Shown here: positions 30,137 to 39,661 of the stretch, in pieces
Layout: every line of letters starts with the position of its first letter
How positions within the stretch are numbered: position 1 is the first letter of the stretch
NCBI GenBank assembly: GCA_937936785.1
Contig: CALDDQ010000015.1
Location: forward strand, 189-64,188
Direction of reading: 5' to 3'
Length of the DNA: 64,000 nucleotides
Origin: an uncultured Endomicrobiia bacterium
GTDB lineage: Bacteria; Elusimicrobiota; Endomicrobiia; DTEH01
Notes under the pieces: generated by a model
Databases searched by the model: none
Told to the model about the DNA's origin: nothing
Seen by the model: the letters and a program-made list of their open reading frames with translations, nothing else
Made by a program: the position numbers and the translations under genes

Positions 30137-31216
30137 ATGCCGGAATTAACTGAGAAAAATTTGTTAAAACTAAAAGAAACTTTTATCTCACAATTAAAAG
30201 GTATAAAGAAAGAAGAGATAGAAACTTTAGAGACGAGATATTTTGGTCGCAAGGGAGAAATTCGTAAATTATACCAAAAATTGTCTTCTTTATCTTTGGA
30301 AAAGAAAAAAAAGTATGGTGAGATGATAAATTTGTTGTCGAAAGAATTAGAGTCGCTTTTAAACCAGAAAAAGATTGAATTTTCGTATGATCAAGCAACA
30401 AAACAAACATATGACGAACAACTTTTAGAAAGTTCTCTTCCAGGAACAAATTTTTTTTTAGGACATATACACCCACTGCAACAGGTTTTAGATGAAATTA
30501 TATCCGTATTCCGTAATTTAGGGTTTAAAGTAGAACTTGGTCCTGAAATAGAGTTAGAAGATTATAATTTTACAAAACTTAATATTCCAGAAAACCATCC
30601 TGCACGTGATATGCAAGATACTTTATACTTAGATATGCCAGATACTGATAAAGGAAAAATAGTTTTAAGAACACATACTTCACCAACACAAATAAGAACA
30701 ATGTTGTCACAAAAACCGCCAATAAAAGCTATTATGCCTGGTCGGGTTTATCGTAGAGATAATTTAGATGCTAGTCATCAGTTTAATTTTCATCAAGTGG
30801 AAGGACTTTTAGTTGATAAAAATGTTAGATTATCAGATTTAAAAGGAGTATTAAATTATTTTGTAAAATCAATTTTTGGAGATGTTATTTTAAAAGATAG
30901 TCAAGAATCTAACGAAACAGTTTCACGTTTTAGGCAGTCATATTTTCCATTTACAGAACCGTCTTTAGAGATGGATATGAAATGTTTTATATGTAAAGGG
31001 ACAGGATGTGGAGTTTGTAAGAATACAGGTTTTATAGAATTGTTAGGGTGTGGTATGGTACATCCTGAAGTATTAAAAAATGTTAACCTTGCTCCTGAAG
31101 TTTATACTGGATTTGCTTTTGGTATAGGAGTAGAACGGGTTGCGATGTTGAAATATCGCATTGATGATATGAGATTATTTTATACAAATGACATAAGGTT
31201 TTTAAAACAATTTTGA
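30137..31216 (+). CDS. pheS: Phenylalanine-tRNA ligase alpha subunit
   Basis: HPARDMQDT, LRTHTSP, FHQVEG, YFPFTEPS, GFAFGIGVER. Confidence 0.97.
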   Translation: MPELTEKNLLKLKETFISQLKGIKKEEIETLETRYFGRKGEIRKLYQKLSSLSLEKKKKYGEMINLLSKELESLLNQKKIEFSYDQATKQTYDEQLLESSLPGTNFFLGHIHPLQQVLDEIISVFRNLGFKVELGPEIELEDYNFTKLNIPENHPARDMQDTLYLDMPDTDKGKIVLRTHTSPTQIRTMLSQKPPIKAIMPGRVYRRDNLDASHQFNFHQVEGLLVDKNVRLSDLKGVLNYFVKSIFGDVILKDSQESNETVSRFRQSYFPFTEPSLEMDMKCFICKGTGCGVCKNTGFIELLGCGMVHPEVLKNVNLAPEVYTGFAFGIGVERVAMLKYRIDDMRLFYTNDIRFLKQF

Positions 31217-31273
31217 TAATAACAATTACATAAAAACATAAATTACTGCAAAATAATTATATAACAAAAAACA

Positions 31274-33694
31274 ATGAAATTATCGTTAAACTGGTTATTA
31301 GAACTCTTACCTGGACTAAAAAATTTTACTGATAAAGAAATAATTTCTGCTATTGAACATTTAGGTTATGAGTTAGAAGATATTAAATTTTTAGGTAAAG
31401 GATTAGAGTGTGTCCGTATAGTAAAAATTTTAAACATTAAAAAACATCCATTAGCAGACAAATTGCAATTAGTAGAGATTACTGATGGCAAAGAAATTTT
31501 CACGGTAGTATGTGGTGCAAAAAACATTTATGTAGATATGGTTGCACCATATGCTGATGCAGGAACAGTTTTACCTAACGGGTTAAAAATTGAAAAAAGA
31601 AAAATCAGAGAAATAGAATCTAACGGAATGTTATGTTCGCAACAGGAACTTTTGCTAGGCGATGATCATTCAGGTATTATGGATTTAGGGACGGAATTTG
31701 TTTTAGGTGAAAGTCTGAAAAAATATGTTTCTGATACAATAGTTGAAATATCAACTCCAGCAAACAGGTTTGATTGTTTAGGGCATGTTGGTATTGTTCG
31801 TGAGTTAGCAATAAAGTTTGGGTTGAATTATCCTCCTGAAAAAATGTTAATTGAAGAAACAAAAAATTTGCCTTTTTATGATTTAAAAGTAGAAAATTCA
31901 TCAATATGCCCAAAATATATAGCAACCAGCATCATTAATTTAAAGAACGATTTTAAATTGCCATATTTTATTAGGCACAGAATATCTGTTTGTGGATTAC
32001 GAAGTATAAATCCGTTAGTAGACATATCAAACTATGTATTACTAGAAACTGGTCATCCTGTACACATATTTGATACAGAAAAGTTGGAGGGAAACAAAAT
32101 AATAGTTCGTAAAGCAAAGAATGGTGAAAAAATTTTAGCTTTAGATGGTAAAGAATACGAACTTTCTTTAGAAGACATTGTTATTTCAGATGAGAAAAAT
32201 CCAGTTGCAATTGCGGGTATCATTGGATCAGAAAAAGCATGTGTTAGTAATAGCACAAAAAACATACTTATTGAAAGTGCATTATTTAATCGTGAGATGG
32301 TACGTAAAACTAGAAAAAGGTTAGGAATTATAACCGAAGCTTCATATAGATTTGAGCGTGGTTCAGGATGGGACATGTGCAACTATGCTGCGTTTAGGAC
32401 GGTACAACTTGTACTATTATATTGTGGTGGACAGTTGAACAAATTTATTGATTTAAAAGATGTTCAATACCAGCAATCTTTGAAAAAAAATTTAAAGTTA
32501 AACTTAACATTTATTTCAAACCTTTTAGGGATACAGGTTTTTGAAGATGATTTATTTAGAGTGGTAAAAGATTTAGGTGGAGAAATAGTTTTTGCTGAGA
32601 AACAAACTGGAGATTATATAATTGTTCCACCGAACAGTCGGCCTGATTGGATTTACCAAGCAGATGTAGCAGAAGAAATAGCACGGTTTAAAGGTTATGA
32701 AAAAATTCCTTCAACATTCCCGTATATTTATAATTCTGAACCTGAAGATATTAAACAAGAACTTTTTTTAAAACAGGTAGTGAACTATTTTGTTTCAATT
32801 GGTTTTTTTCAAACAATTAATTATAGTTTATGTTCTGAAGAAGAAAATAAGTTGGTCAAAAATTATGAAACTGATAGAATTATTATTTCTAATCCGTTAT
32901 CAAAAGAATATTCTCAGATGAGATTATCTTTGTTTAGTGGTCTTTTACGAAATCTTATTACTAACAAGAATGTGCAAACAGAAAAACTTTTGTTATTTGA
33001 ACAAGGTAAAATATACTATAAAAGAAATTATAAAATTAACGAAGAGGAGAGGATAGGTTTTATAATTACAGGAGAAAAAAAATTTATATCTTGGAAGAAC
33101 GAAACAATTAAGTATGATAAATATTTTATAAAAGGTGTTGTAGAATCGTTATTCAAAAAATTAGGTGTTGAATATAAAACAAATTATCCAAAATTAGAAC
33201 AGAAACAATCTATGTGTAATTTAAACGATGATTTAATAGAAAGATTAATAGAATATGTAATTGAAGATAAAATAATATCTTTTGTGTGTGAAATTGACAA
33301 ATCAAAGATTAAAGTGAAATCAAAATATCCAATTTTTTATGGAGAATTGTTCATTGATAGAATTGCTGAAATTATAAAAAATAACAACAAACATTTCGTT
33401 GAACTACCAAGATATCCTTTCGTGATACGTGACTTGTCTTTGACAGTTGGAAAAAATATTAAGTATGAGGATGTTGTTAATATTATAAAAAATTTTTCAA
33501 ACAACAATCTATCAACAGGCGAAATTATAGAAATAGAACTTTTTGATTATTATAAAAAAGATGATATAACAAACATTTCCTTATCGTTAAAATTTCAAAA
33601 TAGAGAAAAAACACTTACTGACGAAGAAACTAACAAAATATTTTTTAGTTTAATTAACGAACTAAGTAAACACAGTATTGAGTTAAGAAAATAA
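31274..33694 (+). CDS. pheT: Phenylalanine-tRNA ligase beta subunit
   Basis: HPLADKL, VVCGAKN, SNGMLCS, NRFD, ASYRFERG, RDLS. Confidence 0.96.
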   Translation: MKLSLNWLLELLPGLKNFTDKEIISAIEHLGYELEDIKFLGKGLECVRIVKILNIKKHPLADKLQLVEITDGKEIFTVVCGAKNIYVDMVAPYADAGTVLPNGLKIEKRKIREIESNGMLCSQQELLLGDDHSGIMDLGTEFVLGESLKKYVSDTIVEISTPANRFDCLGHVGIVRELAIKFGLNYPPEKMLIEETKNLPFYDLKVENSSICPKYIATSIINLKNDFKLPYFIRHRISVCGLRSINPLVDISNYVLLETGHPVHIFDTEKLEGNKIIVRKAKNGEKILALDGKEYELSLEDIVISDEKNPVAIAGIIGSEKACVSNSTKNILIESALFNREMVRKTRKRLGIITEASYRFERGSGWDMCNYAAFRTVQLVLLYCGGQLNKFIDLKDVQYQQSLKKNLKLNLTFISNLLGIQVFEDDLFRVVKDLGGEIVFAEKQTGDYIIVPPNSRPDWIYQADVAEEIARFKGYEKIPSTFPYIYNSEPEDIKQELFLKQVVNYFVSIGFFQTINYSLCSEEENKLVKNYETDRIIISNPLSKEYSQMRLSLFSGLLRNLITNKNVQTEKLLLFEQGKIYYKRNYKINEEERIGFIITGEKKFISWKNETIKYDKYFIKGVVESLFKKLGVEYKTNYPKLEQKQSMCNLNDDLIERLIEYVIEDKIISFVCEIDKSKIKVKSKYPIFYGELFIDRIAEIIKNNNKHFVELPRYPFVIRDLSLTVGKNIKYEDVVNIIKNFSNNNLSTGEIIEIELFDYYKKDDITNISLSLKFQNREKTLTDEETNKIFFSLINELSKHSIELRK

Positions 33695-33714
33695 AATTTT
33701 TTTTACTAACACCT

Positions 33715-33788
33715 GCGCCTGTAGCTCAATTGGATAGAGCGCCGGGCTTCGAACCCGTAGGCTGAGAGTTCAAGTCTCTCCAGGCGCG
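33715..33788 (+). tRNA. tRNA-Arg (UCG), CCA not encoded
   Basis: Acceptor GCGCCTG/CAGGCGC, D arm GCTC-AATTGGATA-GAGC, anticodon loop CTTCGAA, T arm GAGAG-TTCAAGT-CTCTC. Confidence 0.95.
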
Positions 33789-33841
33789 AAGTTAAAAATA
33801 ATTAAAAATTAAAATTGAACAAATTTATATGATAAAAATAA

Positions 33842-34549
33842 ATGAACTCAATTTTTAGTATAAGAAAAGAAATTATAGAAATTTGTAGATTAATTTATAC
33901 AAGAGGTTTAGTTACAGCTACTGATGGAAACATTTCAGCACGAATTGGAGAAAATGAAATTTTGATAACACCAAGTGGTAAAAATAAAGGTATGGTAGAA
34001 GTACAAGATTTGGTAGTGATAGATTTGCAAGGGAAGAAAATTTCTGGTATTATGCAACCATCAGGTGAATATCGTATACACACAATGATATATCAACAAC
34101 GGCCAGATATTAACGCAGTGGTCCATGCTCATCCACCATATGCAACAGCATTTTCTGTTGCAGGGATAAGTTTAATGCAGTGTGTGTTGCCGGAAATTAT
34201 ATTAACAATTGGTGCCGTTCCGTTGGCAGAGTATGCAACTTTGTATACAGAAGAACTTGCTTCATCGATAGAAAAATATATAAAAGATTATAATGCAGTA
34301 TTACTAAAAAATCATGGTGTAGTGACTATTGGAAATGATTTGTTATGTGCATATCATAGAATGGAAAAAGTGGAACATATGGCTAAGATAATTTATCTTG
34401 CACGAACTTTGGGCAATATTGATGTATTAACTAAGGAACAGATTGATTCGTTAATGAAAGTTAGAGAAAGTTTAGGTCTAAGTTCAATATCGCTATGTGA
34501 TACGTGTGAGAATATGTGTGGTATAAAAAGTAGTAAGAACAATATATAA
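33842..34549 (+). CDS. Class II aldolase/adducin family protein (FucA-like)
   Basis: DGNISAR, ITPSG, PSGE..H, VVHAHPPYATA, LLKNHGV; C-terminal CDTCENMC. Confidence 0.88.
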   Translation: MNSIFSIRKEIIEICRLIYTRGLVTATDGNISARIGENEILITPSGKNKGMVEVQDLVVIDLQGKKISGIMQPSGEYRIHTMIYQQRPDINAVVHAHPPYATAFSVAGISLMQCVLPEIILTIGAVPLAEYATLYTEELASSIEKYIKDYNAVLLKNHGVVTIGNDLLCAYHRMEKVEHMAKIIYLARTLGNIDVLTKEQIDSLMKVRESLGLSSISLCDTCENMCGIKSSKNNI

Positions 34550-34726
34550 TTACATATTTTGTATAAAAGTTAACAAGATCAGGTAGAGATTTAAAGTATA
34601 CAAGAAATAAAATTTATTTTGTTAATGAAATTTTTTAAGATAATTTTTAGTAAAAACTATAAAAATTGTATTTATTCATAGTATGATAGAATTTGTTTGT
34701 TTTAAAAATGTTAAAAAGCAACTTTT

Positions 34727-36346
34727 ATGAAAACTTCATTGGAAAAAAAGTATAAAGAAAAAATAAATCGTGGAAAAAAGTTTTGTTATAAAAATAGTAA
34801 GTTTATAAAAAAAGGTTTTATTCAACAACTAATAGAATCAGTTGTATTTTCTGGTGACAGAGTGTGTCTTGAAGGAGATAATCAAAAACAAGCAGATTTT
34901 TTAGCGCGGGAATTGACAAAACTCGATCCCAAAAAAATTAAAAATTTACATTTAGTCCAATCATCAATTGTTTTACCAGAACATATTCAACTGATAAATT
35001 CTGGTATTGTAAAAAAAATTGATTTTGCATATTCTGGTCCGCAGGCAAAACCGTTAGCAGAATCTATAAAATCTAAAAAAGTTGAACTTGGTGCGATACA
35101 TACTTACATAGAACTTTATGCACGATATTTTATAGATTTAACTCCAAATGTAAGTTTTATAGTAGCTGAGAGTGCAGATAAAGAAGGGAATTTGTTTTTA
35201 GGACACAACTCTGAAGATACACCGGTAATTGTAGAAGCTACGAAATCTAAGTATGGTATTGTTATAGCACAAGTATGCAGGATTGTAAAAACTGTTCCAC
35301 GAGTTGATATTCCAAAAGATTATATTGATTTTATCATTGAGACAAAACAGAAATATTATCTTCAACCATTATTTACCCGTGATCCATCAAAAATTACTAG
35401 AGAACAAATTTTTATGGCGATGTTAGCTTTGAAAGGAATTTATCTGCCGTACAAAGTGCAGACATTGAATCATGGCATAGGTAATGCTACTGCTGCGATA
35501 GAACTGATTTTACCCACTTATGGTGAACAGTTAGGAATGAAAGGTAAATATGCTACACACTGGGTTTTAAATCCGCATCCGACATTAATTCCTGCAATAG
35601 AGAATGGTTTTGTAAAAAATATTTATAGTTTTGGTGGTGAGCCTGGGATGGAAAAATATATAAAATTTAGGAAAGAAATTTTTTGTGTTGGTCCTGATGG
35701 AACCTTGAAATCTAATCGTTTATATGCACATATGTGTGGGTTGTATGGTATTGATATGTTTATTGGTTCCACATTACAAATTGATCAGTTTGGTAACAGT
35801 TCTGCAGCAACTTTTGGTAGAATAGCAGGTTTTGGTGGTGCGCCAAATTTAGGTTCTACCCCACCGGGCCGCAGGCATTTAACAGAAAGTTTTTTAATGT
35901 GTGAAAAAAAAATTAATAAATATTCTACAGGCAGGAAACTTGTGGTACAGATTACACCAACTTTTACTGCGAAAGGAATTCCAGTTTTTGTAGAAGAACT
36001 TGATGCGGAAAAGTTTTATAAAGAAAAAATTTTGTCTTATGTCCCAATAATGATTTATTCAGATCAGATTACTCATATAGTAACAGAACAAGGTATTGCC
36101 TGTTTACATCTTTGTTCTGATGAAAAAGAACGACAATTGGCAGTTGCTTCTGTTGCTGGGGATACTTCTGTTGGTAGAAATGTTACTTTAGAACAAAAAC
36201 AACTTTTAAGACGAAAAAAAATTTTTATTACACCACAAGATTTAGGTATAAAATTTGATGAAGCAACAGATAATTTACTTTCAGCAAAAAGTTTTGATGA
36301 TTTAGTAAAAATCTCCAAAGGATATTATAATCCTCTCATTGTTTAA
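34727..36346 (+). CDS. mdcA: Malonate decarboxylase alpha subunit
   Basis: GDRVCLEGDNQKQADFL, AIHTYIELYARYF.DLTP, LNHGIG, LNPHPTLIPAIE, GFGGAPN, THIVTEQGIA. Confidence 0.9.
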   Translation: MKTSLEKKYKEKINRGKKFCYKNSKFIKKGFIQQLIESVVFSGDRVCLEGDNQKQADFLARELTKLDPKKIKNLHLVQSSIVLPEHIQLINSGIVKKIDFAYSGPQAKPLAESIKSKKVELGAIHTYIELYARYFIDLTPNVSFIVAESADKEGNLFLGHNSEDTPVIVEATKSKYGIVIAQVCRIVKTVPRVDIPKDYIDFIIETKQKYYLQPLFTRDPSKITREQIFMAMLALKGIYLPYKVQTLNHGIGNATAAIELILPTYGEQLGMKGKYATHWVLNPHPTLIPAIENGFVKNIYSFGGEPGMEKYIKFRKEIFCVGPDGTLKSNRLYAHMCGLYGIDMFIGSTLQIDQFGNSSAATFGRIAGFGGAPNLGSTPPGRRHLTESFLMCEKKINKYSTGRKLVVQITPTFTAKGIPVFVEELDAEKFYKEKILSYVPIMIYSDQITHIVTEQGIACLHLCSDEKERQLAVASVAGDTSVGRNVTLEQKQLLRRKKIFITPQDLGIKFDEATDNLLSAKSFDDLVKISKGYYNPLIV

Positions 36347-36378
36347 ATTTTTTTAATAATACTAATTTACTTATCTAC

Positions 36379-36407
36379 TTGAAATATAGGTTTTAATTTA
36401 TTATTAA
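36379..36407 (+). promoter_or_regulatory. Candidate sigma70 promoter for the pal operon
   Basis: TTGAAA-17bp-TATTAA; SD GGAGGT downstream. Confidence 0.5.
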
Positions 36408-36447
36408 CTATGCGAGTAAAATTTTATCAAAATGGAGGTCAAAAGAG

Positions 36448-36957
36448 ATGAAAAATTATAAGAATATGATATTTTTATTATTGGCAAGTATAGTGTTCTT
36501 TGGTTGTCCTAAAAGAATAAAAAAGGTTGAAGTTCCTGTACAAGAAACAATCCAGATTGAAAGTGATCAGGATGAACTTAACATTCGTGGAGATGAATTT
36601 GTGTCATTGTCTGAATTAAAACCGGTTTATTTTGATTTTGACAGGTTTAATTTATCAGAATCAGCAAAAAATATTTTAGATCAAAATTCAAAGTTTTTGT
36701 TATCACGACCAGAATTAGAAATATTGGTGGAAGGACATTGTTGCGAATGTGGAACAAACGAATATAATTTAGCTTTAGGCCAAAAACGTGCTTCTATTGT
36801 GAGAGATTATTATATTAACTTAGGAATTAAAGGAAATAGAATTGCAACAATTTCTTATGGAGAAGAAAAGCCTATTAACAAAAATGTTGCTCCACCAGAT
36901 GTTCCTGCTTGCATTCCTAATCGTCGTGTTGAAACAAAAGTTAGACAAAAAAAATAA
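36448..36957 (+). CDS. pal: Peptidoglycan-associated lipoprotein Pal (atypical GHCCECG motif)
   Basis: Lipobox FFGC, VYFDFD, EYNLALGQKRA, ISYGEEKP, NRRVE; next to cpoB/tolB. Confidence 0.88.
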   Translation: MKNYKNMIFLLLASIVFFGCPKRIKKVEVPVQETIQIESDQDELNIRGDEFVSLSELKPVYFDFDRFNLSESAKNILDQNSKFLLSRPELEILVEGHCCECGTNEYNLALGQKRASIVRDYYINLGIKGNRIATISYGEEKPINKNVAPPDVPACIPNRRVETKVRQKK

Positions 36958-36998
36958 TTTTTTCGGACTAATAAATTTTTTCTTAGGACAAAAAATAA

Positions 36999-37685
36999 AT
37001 GAAAGTTTATGTTCTGATATTTGTTTTAGTTTTTAGTTTTATACTATCTAGTTGTATAATTACTTCTAATGAAATAGTAGAACTAAGAAACGATTTTGCA
37101 ATATTAAAATCCGAAATAAACATATTAAAACGTAACCAAGCAGAGTTAAATTCTAAGATGGACATTTTAAACAATAGTTTACAGATTTATACTGAAAAAC
37201 TTGAAGAAAACAAGTATAAAATGTCAATTTTAGCCCAACGTATGGATGATGTTCATTCCAGTTTGACCCAGAGGATGGATATATTATCAAAACAACTTCC
37301 AAAAGTTGATAATTCAATATTACCTTTACCTACAGAATTGTATCAAATTGCATATAATGATTATGTGAAAGGAATGTATGATTTATCAATTCGTGGGTTT
37401 AGAGATTATTTGGACAAATATCCTGATAGCGAACTTGCACCGAAAGCATATTATTATCTTGCAGATTCATATTTTGCAAAAAAACAGTATAATGAATCAA
37501 TAAAAATTATTGATATGTATCTTACAAAATATTCCAAAGACGAACTTGTTTCTTCAATGTTATACAAAAAATCTCAATGTTTTATTAATTTAGGATGGCC
37601 AAAACAAGCAAAAGAAATTCAGGATTATATTTTAAAAAATTATCCTAACAGCACAGAAGCGCAGAGTATAAAAGATACACAATAA
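36999..37685 (+). CDS. cpoB: Tol-Pal protein CpoB/YbgF (lipoprotein, coiled coil plus TPR)
   Basis: LSSC lipobox, coiled coil, LYQIAYNDY..G.Y....GF..YL.KYP.S.LA..A.Y. Confidence 0.8.
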   Translation: MKVYVLIFVLVFSFILSSCIITSNEIVELRNDFAILKSEINILKRNQAELNSKMDILNNSLQIYTEKLEENKYKMSILAQRMDDVHSSLTQRMDILSKQLPKVDNSILPLPTELYQIAYNDYVKGMYDLSIRGFRDYLDKYPDSELAPKAYYYLADSYFAKKQYNESIKIIDMYLTKYSKDELVSSMLYKKSQCFINLGWPKQAKEIQDYILKNYPNSTEAQSIKDTQ

Positions 37686-38297
37686 ATGGATCATTTAAGA
37701 TTAAAAATCTCGTTTTTTATTTCAAGTTTTTTTCATATAGTTTTAATAGTTGGGATAAATTTTATTCCAAAAAAAACTCCAATTATAGTTTCTTTTCCAG
37801 TGGAACTGATTACACTACCTTCGTTAGAAAAAGTTGCAAAAGAACCTGAACTTGTAGTTCCTGTAATGTCTGAGAAAAAAGAAGTTATAATTCCAAAAAA
37901 AGTTACAAAAGTTACAAAACCAATAGAACAAAAAAAGGAAGTTGAAAAACCAAAAGAACAGGTTCAAAATAATGTTCAGCCAGTAACCCAACAATCGTTA
38001 ACAGTAGAAACTTCAAAATTTCCGTTTTCATATTACTTAAGACAGATTCAGGACAAAATTAGCAATAATTGGACATGGTCACAAAGTTATTCAGGTGATT
38101 ATAAAACAGTAGTATATTTTAGAATACTACGTTCAGGAGAAATTTCAGAATTAAAAATAAAAAATTCTTCTGGAAATAAACTTTATGATAATTTATGTTT
38201 ACGTGCAGTAGAAGTTTCGTCACCATTTGCACCTTTACCACAGGGATATGAAGAGGATTGGCTGGGTGTTTTTTTTGAATTTAAATACAAAGATTGA
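37686..38297 (+). CDS. TolA/TonB C-terminal domain protein
   Basis: TM with SxxxH (SSFFH), K/E/P-rich linker, F.ILRSG.I....SSG...YD...RAV...PF.PLP. Confidence 0.8.
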   Translation: MDHLRLKISFFISSFFHIVLIVGINFIPKKTPIIVSFPVELITLPSLEKVAKEPELVVPVMSEKKEVIIPKKVTKVTKPIEQKKEVEKPKEQVQNNVQPVTQQSLTVETSKFPFSYYLRQIQDKISNNWTWSQSYSGDYKTVVYFRILRSGEISELKIKNSSGNKLYDNLCLRAVEVSSPFAPLPQGYEEDWLGVFFEFKYKD

Positions 38298-38307
38298 GTT
38301 TAGAGAA

Positions 38308-39597
38308 ATGAAAATAAAAAAAACAAAACGTATTGTAATAGTGTTGGTGTGTTTATATCAATCCATGTTATTGTTTTCGTCAATTGATGTTTATATTAAA
38401 ATTGTCAAAGGTGGGAAACGGTTAGAACTTGGAATTTCAAAATTTGTTTCTAAAGATCCGAGTTATAAAAATGTTGCGCAAGATGTAGAAAAAATTTTAA
38501 TTGACGATTTAATGTTTACACGAATTTTTAACATAATAGAACCTGGATGGCAATATTTGCCAAAAAAAGAAATTTCTGAAAAATGGAAAAAATACAATGT
38601 TAGTGTAGTAGTTTGTGGTGAGGTAGAACTTGTTGGGAAAGAATATGTGTTAAAAGGCACGATGTATGATGTTGAAACTACAGAAAAAATTTATGAAGAG
38701 AAATTTGTTTCAAATGATATAAGATATTTGGCACATATTTTTGCTGACAATATAATTATGCGTTTTACTGGTGAATATGGAATTGCAACTACAAAAATTT
38801 ATTTTGTTAATGATATGACAGGAAGTAAAGAGATTTATTCAATGGATTATGATGGTCATAATTTGCAACAAATAACTTTTGACAACAGCATAAATATTTA
38901 TCCACGAGTATCTCCTGATGGAGAAAAGATTATATATACCACATACAAATATAGTAATCCTGACTTATATTTATTAAACTTAAAAACGAAAAAGAAAACA
39001 CCAATTTCATCTCGGCAAGGATTAAACATTACAGCAAACTGGTCAGCAGATGGTAACCAAATACTTGCTACGATGACTCGAGCACAACATCAACCGAACA
39101 TTTTTTTGTTAGACCTTAATGGTAATATTATTAAACGTTTAACTTCAATTAGAGCAAGTGATGTTTCGGGATATTTTTCTCCAAACAATAGAGAGATAGT
39201 TTTTATTTCAGACCGAGCTGGTTTTCCACAGATGTATATTTCAGATATTGATGGGATAAATTTTCGCAGATTAACAACTCCTGCATACACAGATTCTCCT
39301 ATGTGGTCTGCGAAAGGTGATAGGATAGTTTTTTGTATGAGAAACGAAAAATCAATGTTCGATATTTATACATATGACATTTCCCGAGGAACTTATTATA
39401 GATTAACACAAGACAGTAGAAGTAATGAAAATCCATTTTTTTCTCCGGATGGAAGATTTATAGTTTTTTCATCTAACAGAAATGGCAAATACGAACTTTA
39501 CACTATGTTTATTGATGGCTCAAGTCAAAGACGTATATCTCAAATTAAAGGGAATTCGTATACTCCAAACTGGGGACCAAGAAGAATAAAAAATTGA
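38308..39597 (+). CDS. tolB: Tol-Pal beta-propeller protein TolB
   Basis: RYLAHIFAD, TKIYFV, PD40 repeats (SPDG, FISDRAG.PQ.Y). Confidence 0.9.
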   Translation: MKIKKTKRIVIVLVCLYQSMLLFSSIDVYIKIVKGGKRLELGISKFVSKDPSYKNVAQDVEKILIDDLMFTRIFNIIEPGWQYLPKKEISEKWKKYNVSVVVCGEVELVGKEYVLKGTMYDVETTEKIYEEKFVSNDIRYLAHIFADNIIMRFTGEYGIATTKIYFVNDMTGSKEIYSMDYDGHNLQQITFDNSINIYPRVSPDGEKIIYTTYKYSNPDLYLLNLKTKKKTPISSRQGLNITANWSADGNQILATMTRAQHQPNIFLLDLNGNIIKRLTSIRASDVSGYFSPNNREIVFISDRAGFPQMYISDIDGINFRRLTTPAYTDSPMWSAKGDRIVFCMRNEKSMFDIYTYDISRGTYYRLTQDSRSNENPFFSPDGRFIVFSSNRNGKYELYTMFIDGSSQRRISQIKGNSYTPNWGPRRIKN

Positions 39598-39622
39598 ATT
39601 TAATGACAAAATTTTGTATATA
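39594..39622 (+). promoter_or_regulatory. Candidate sigma70 promoter for degP
   Basis: TTGAAT-17bp-TATATA. Confidence 0.35.
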
Positions 39623-39661
39623 AGAAAAAACAAAATTTATTTTTATTAGAGGATTTAAAAT

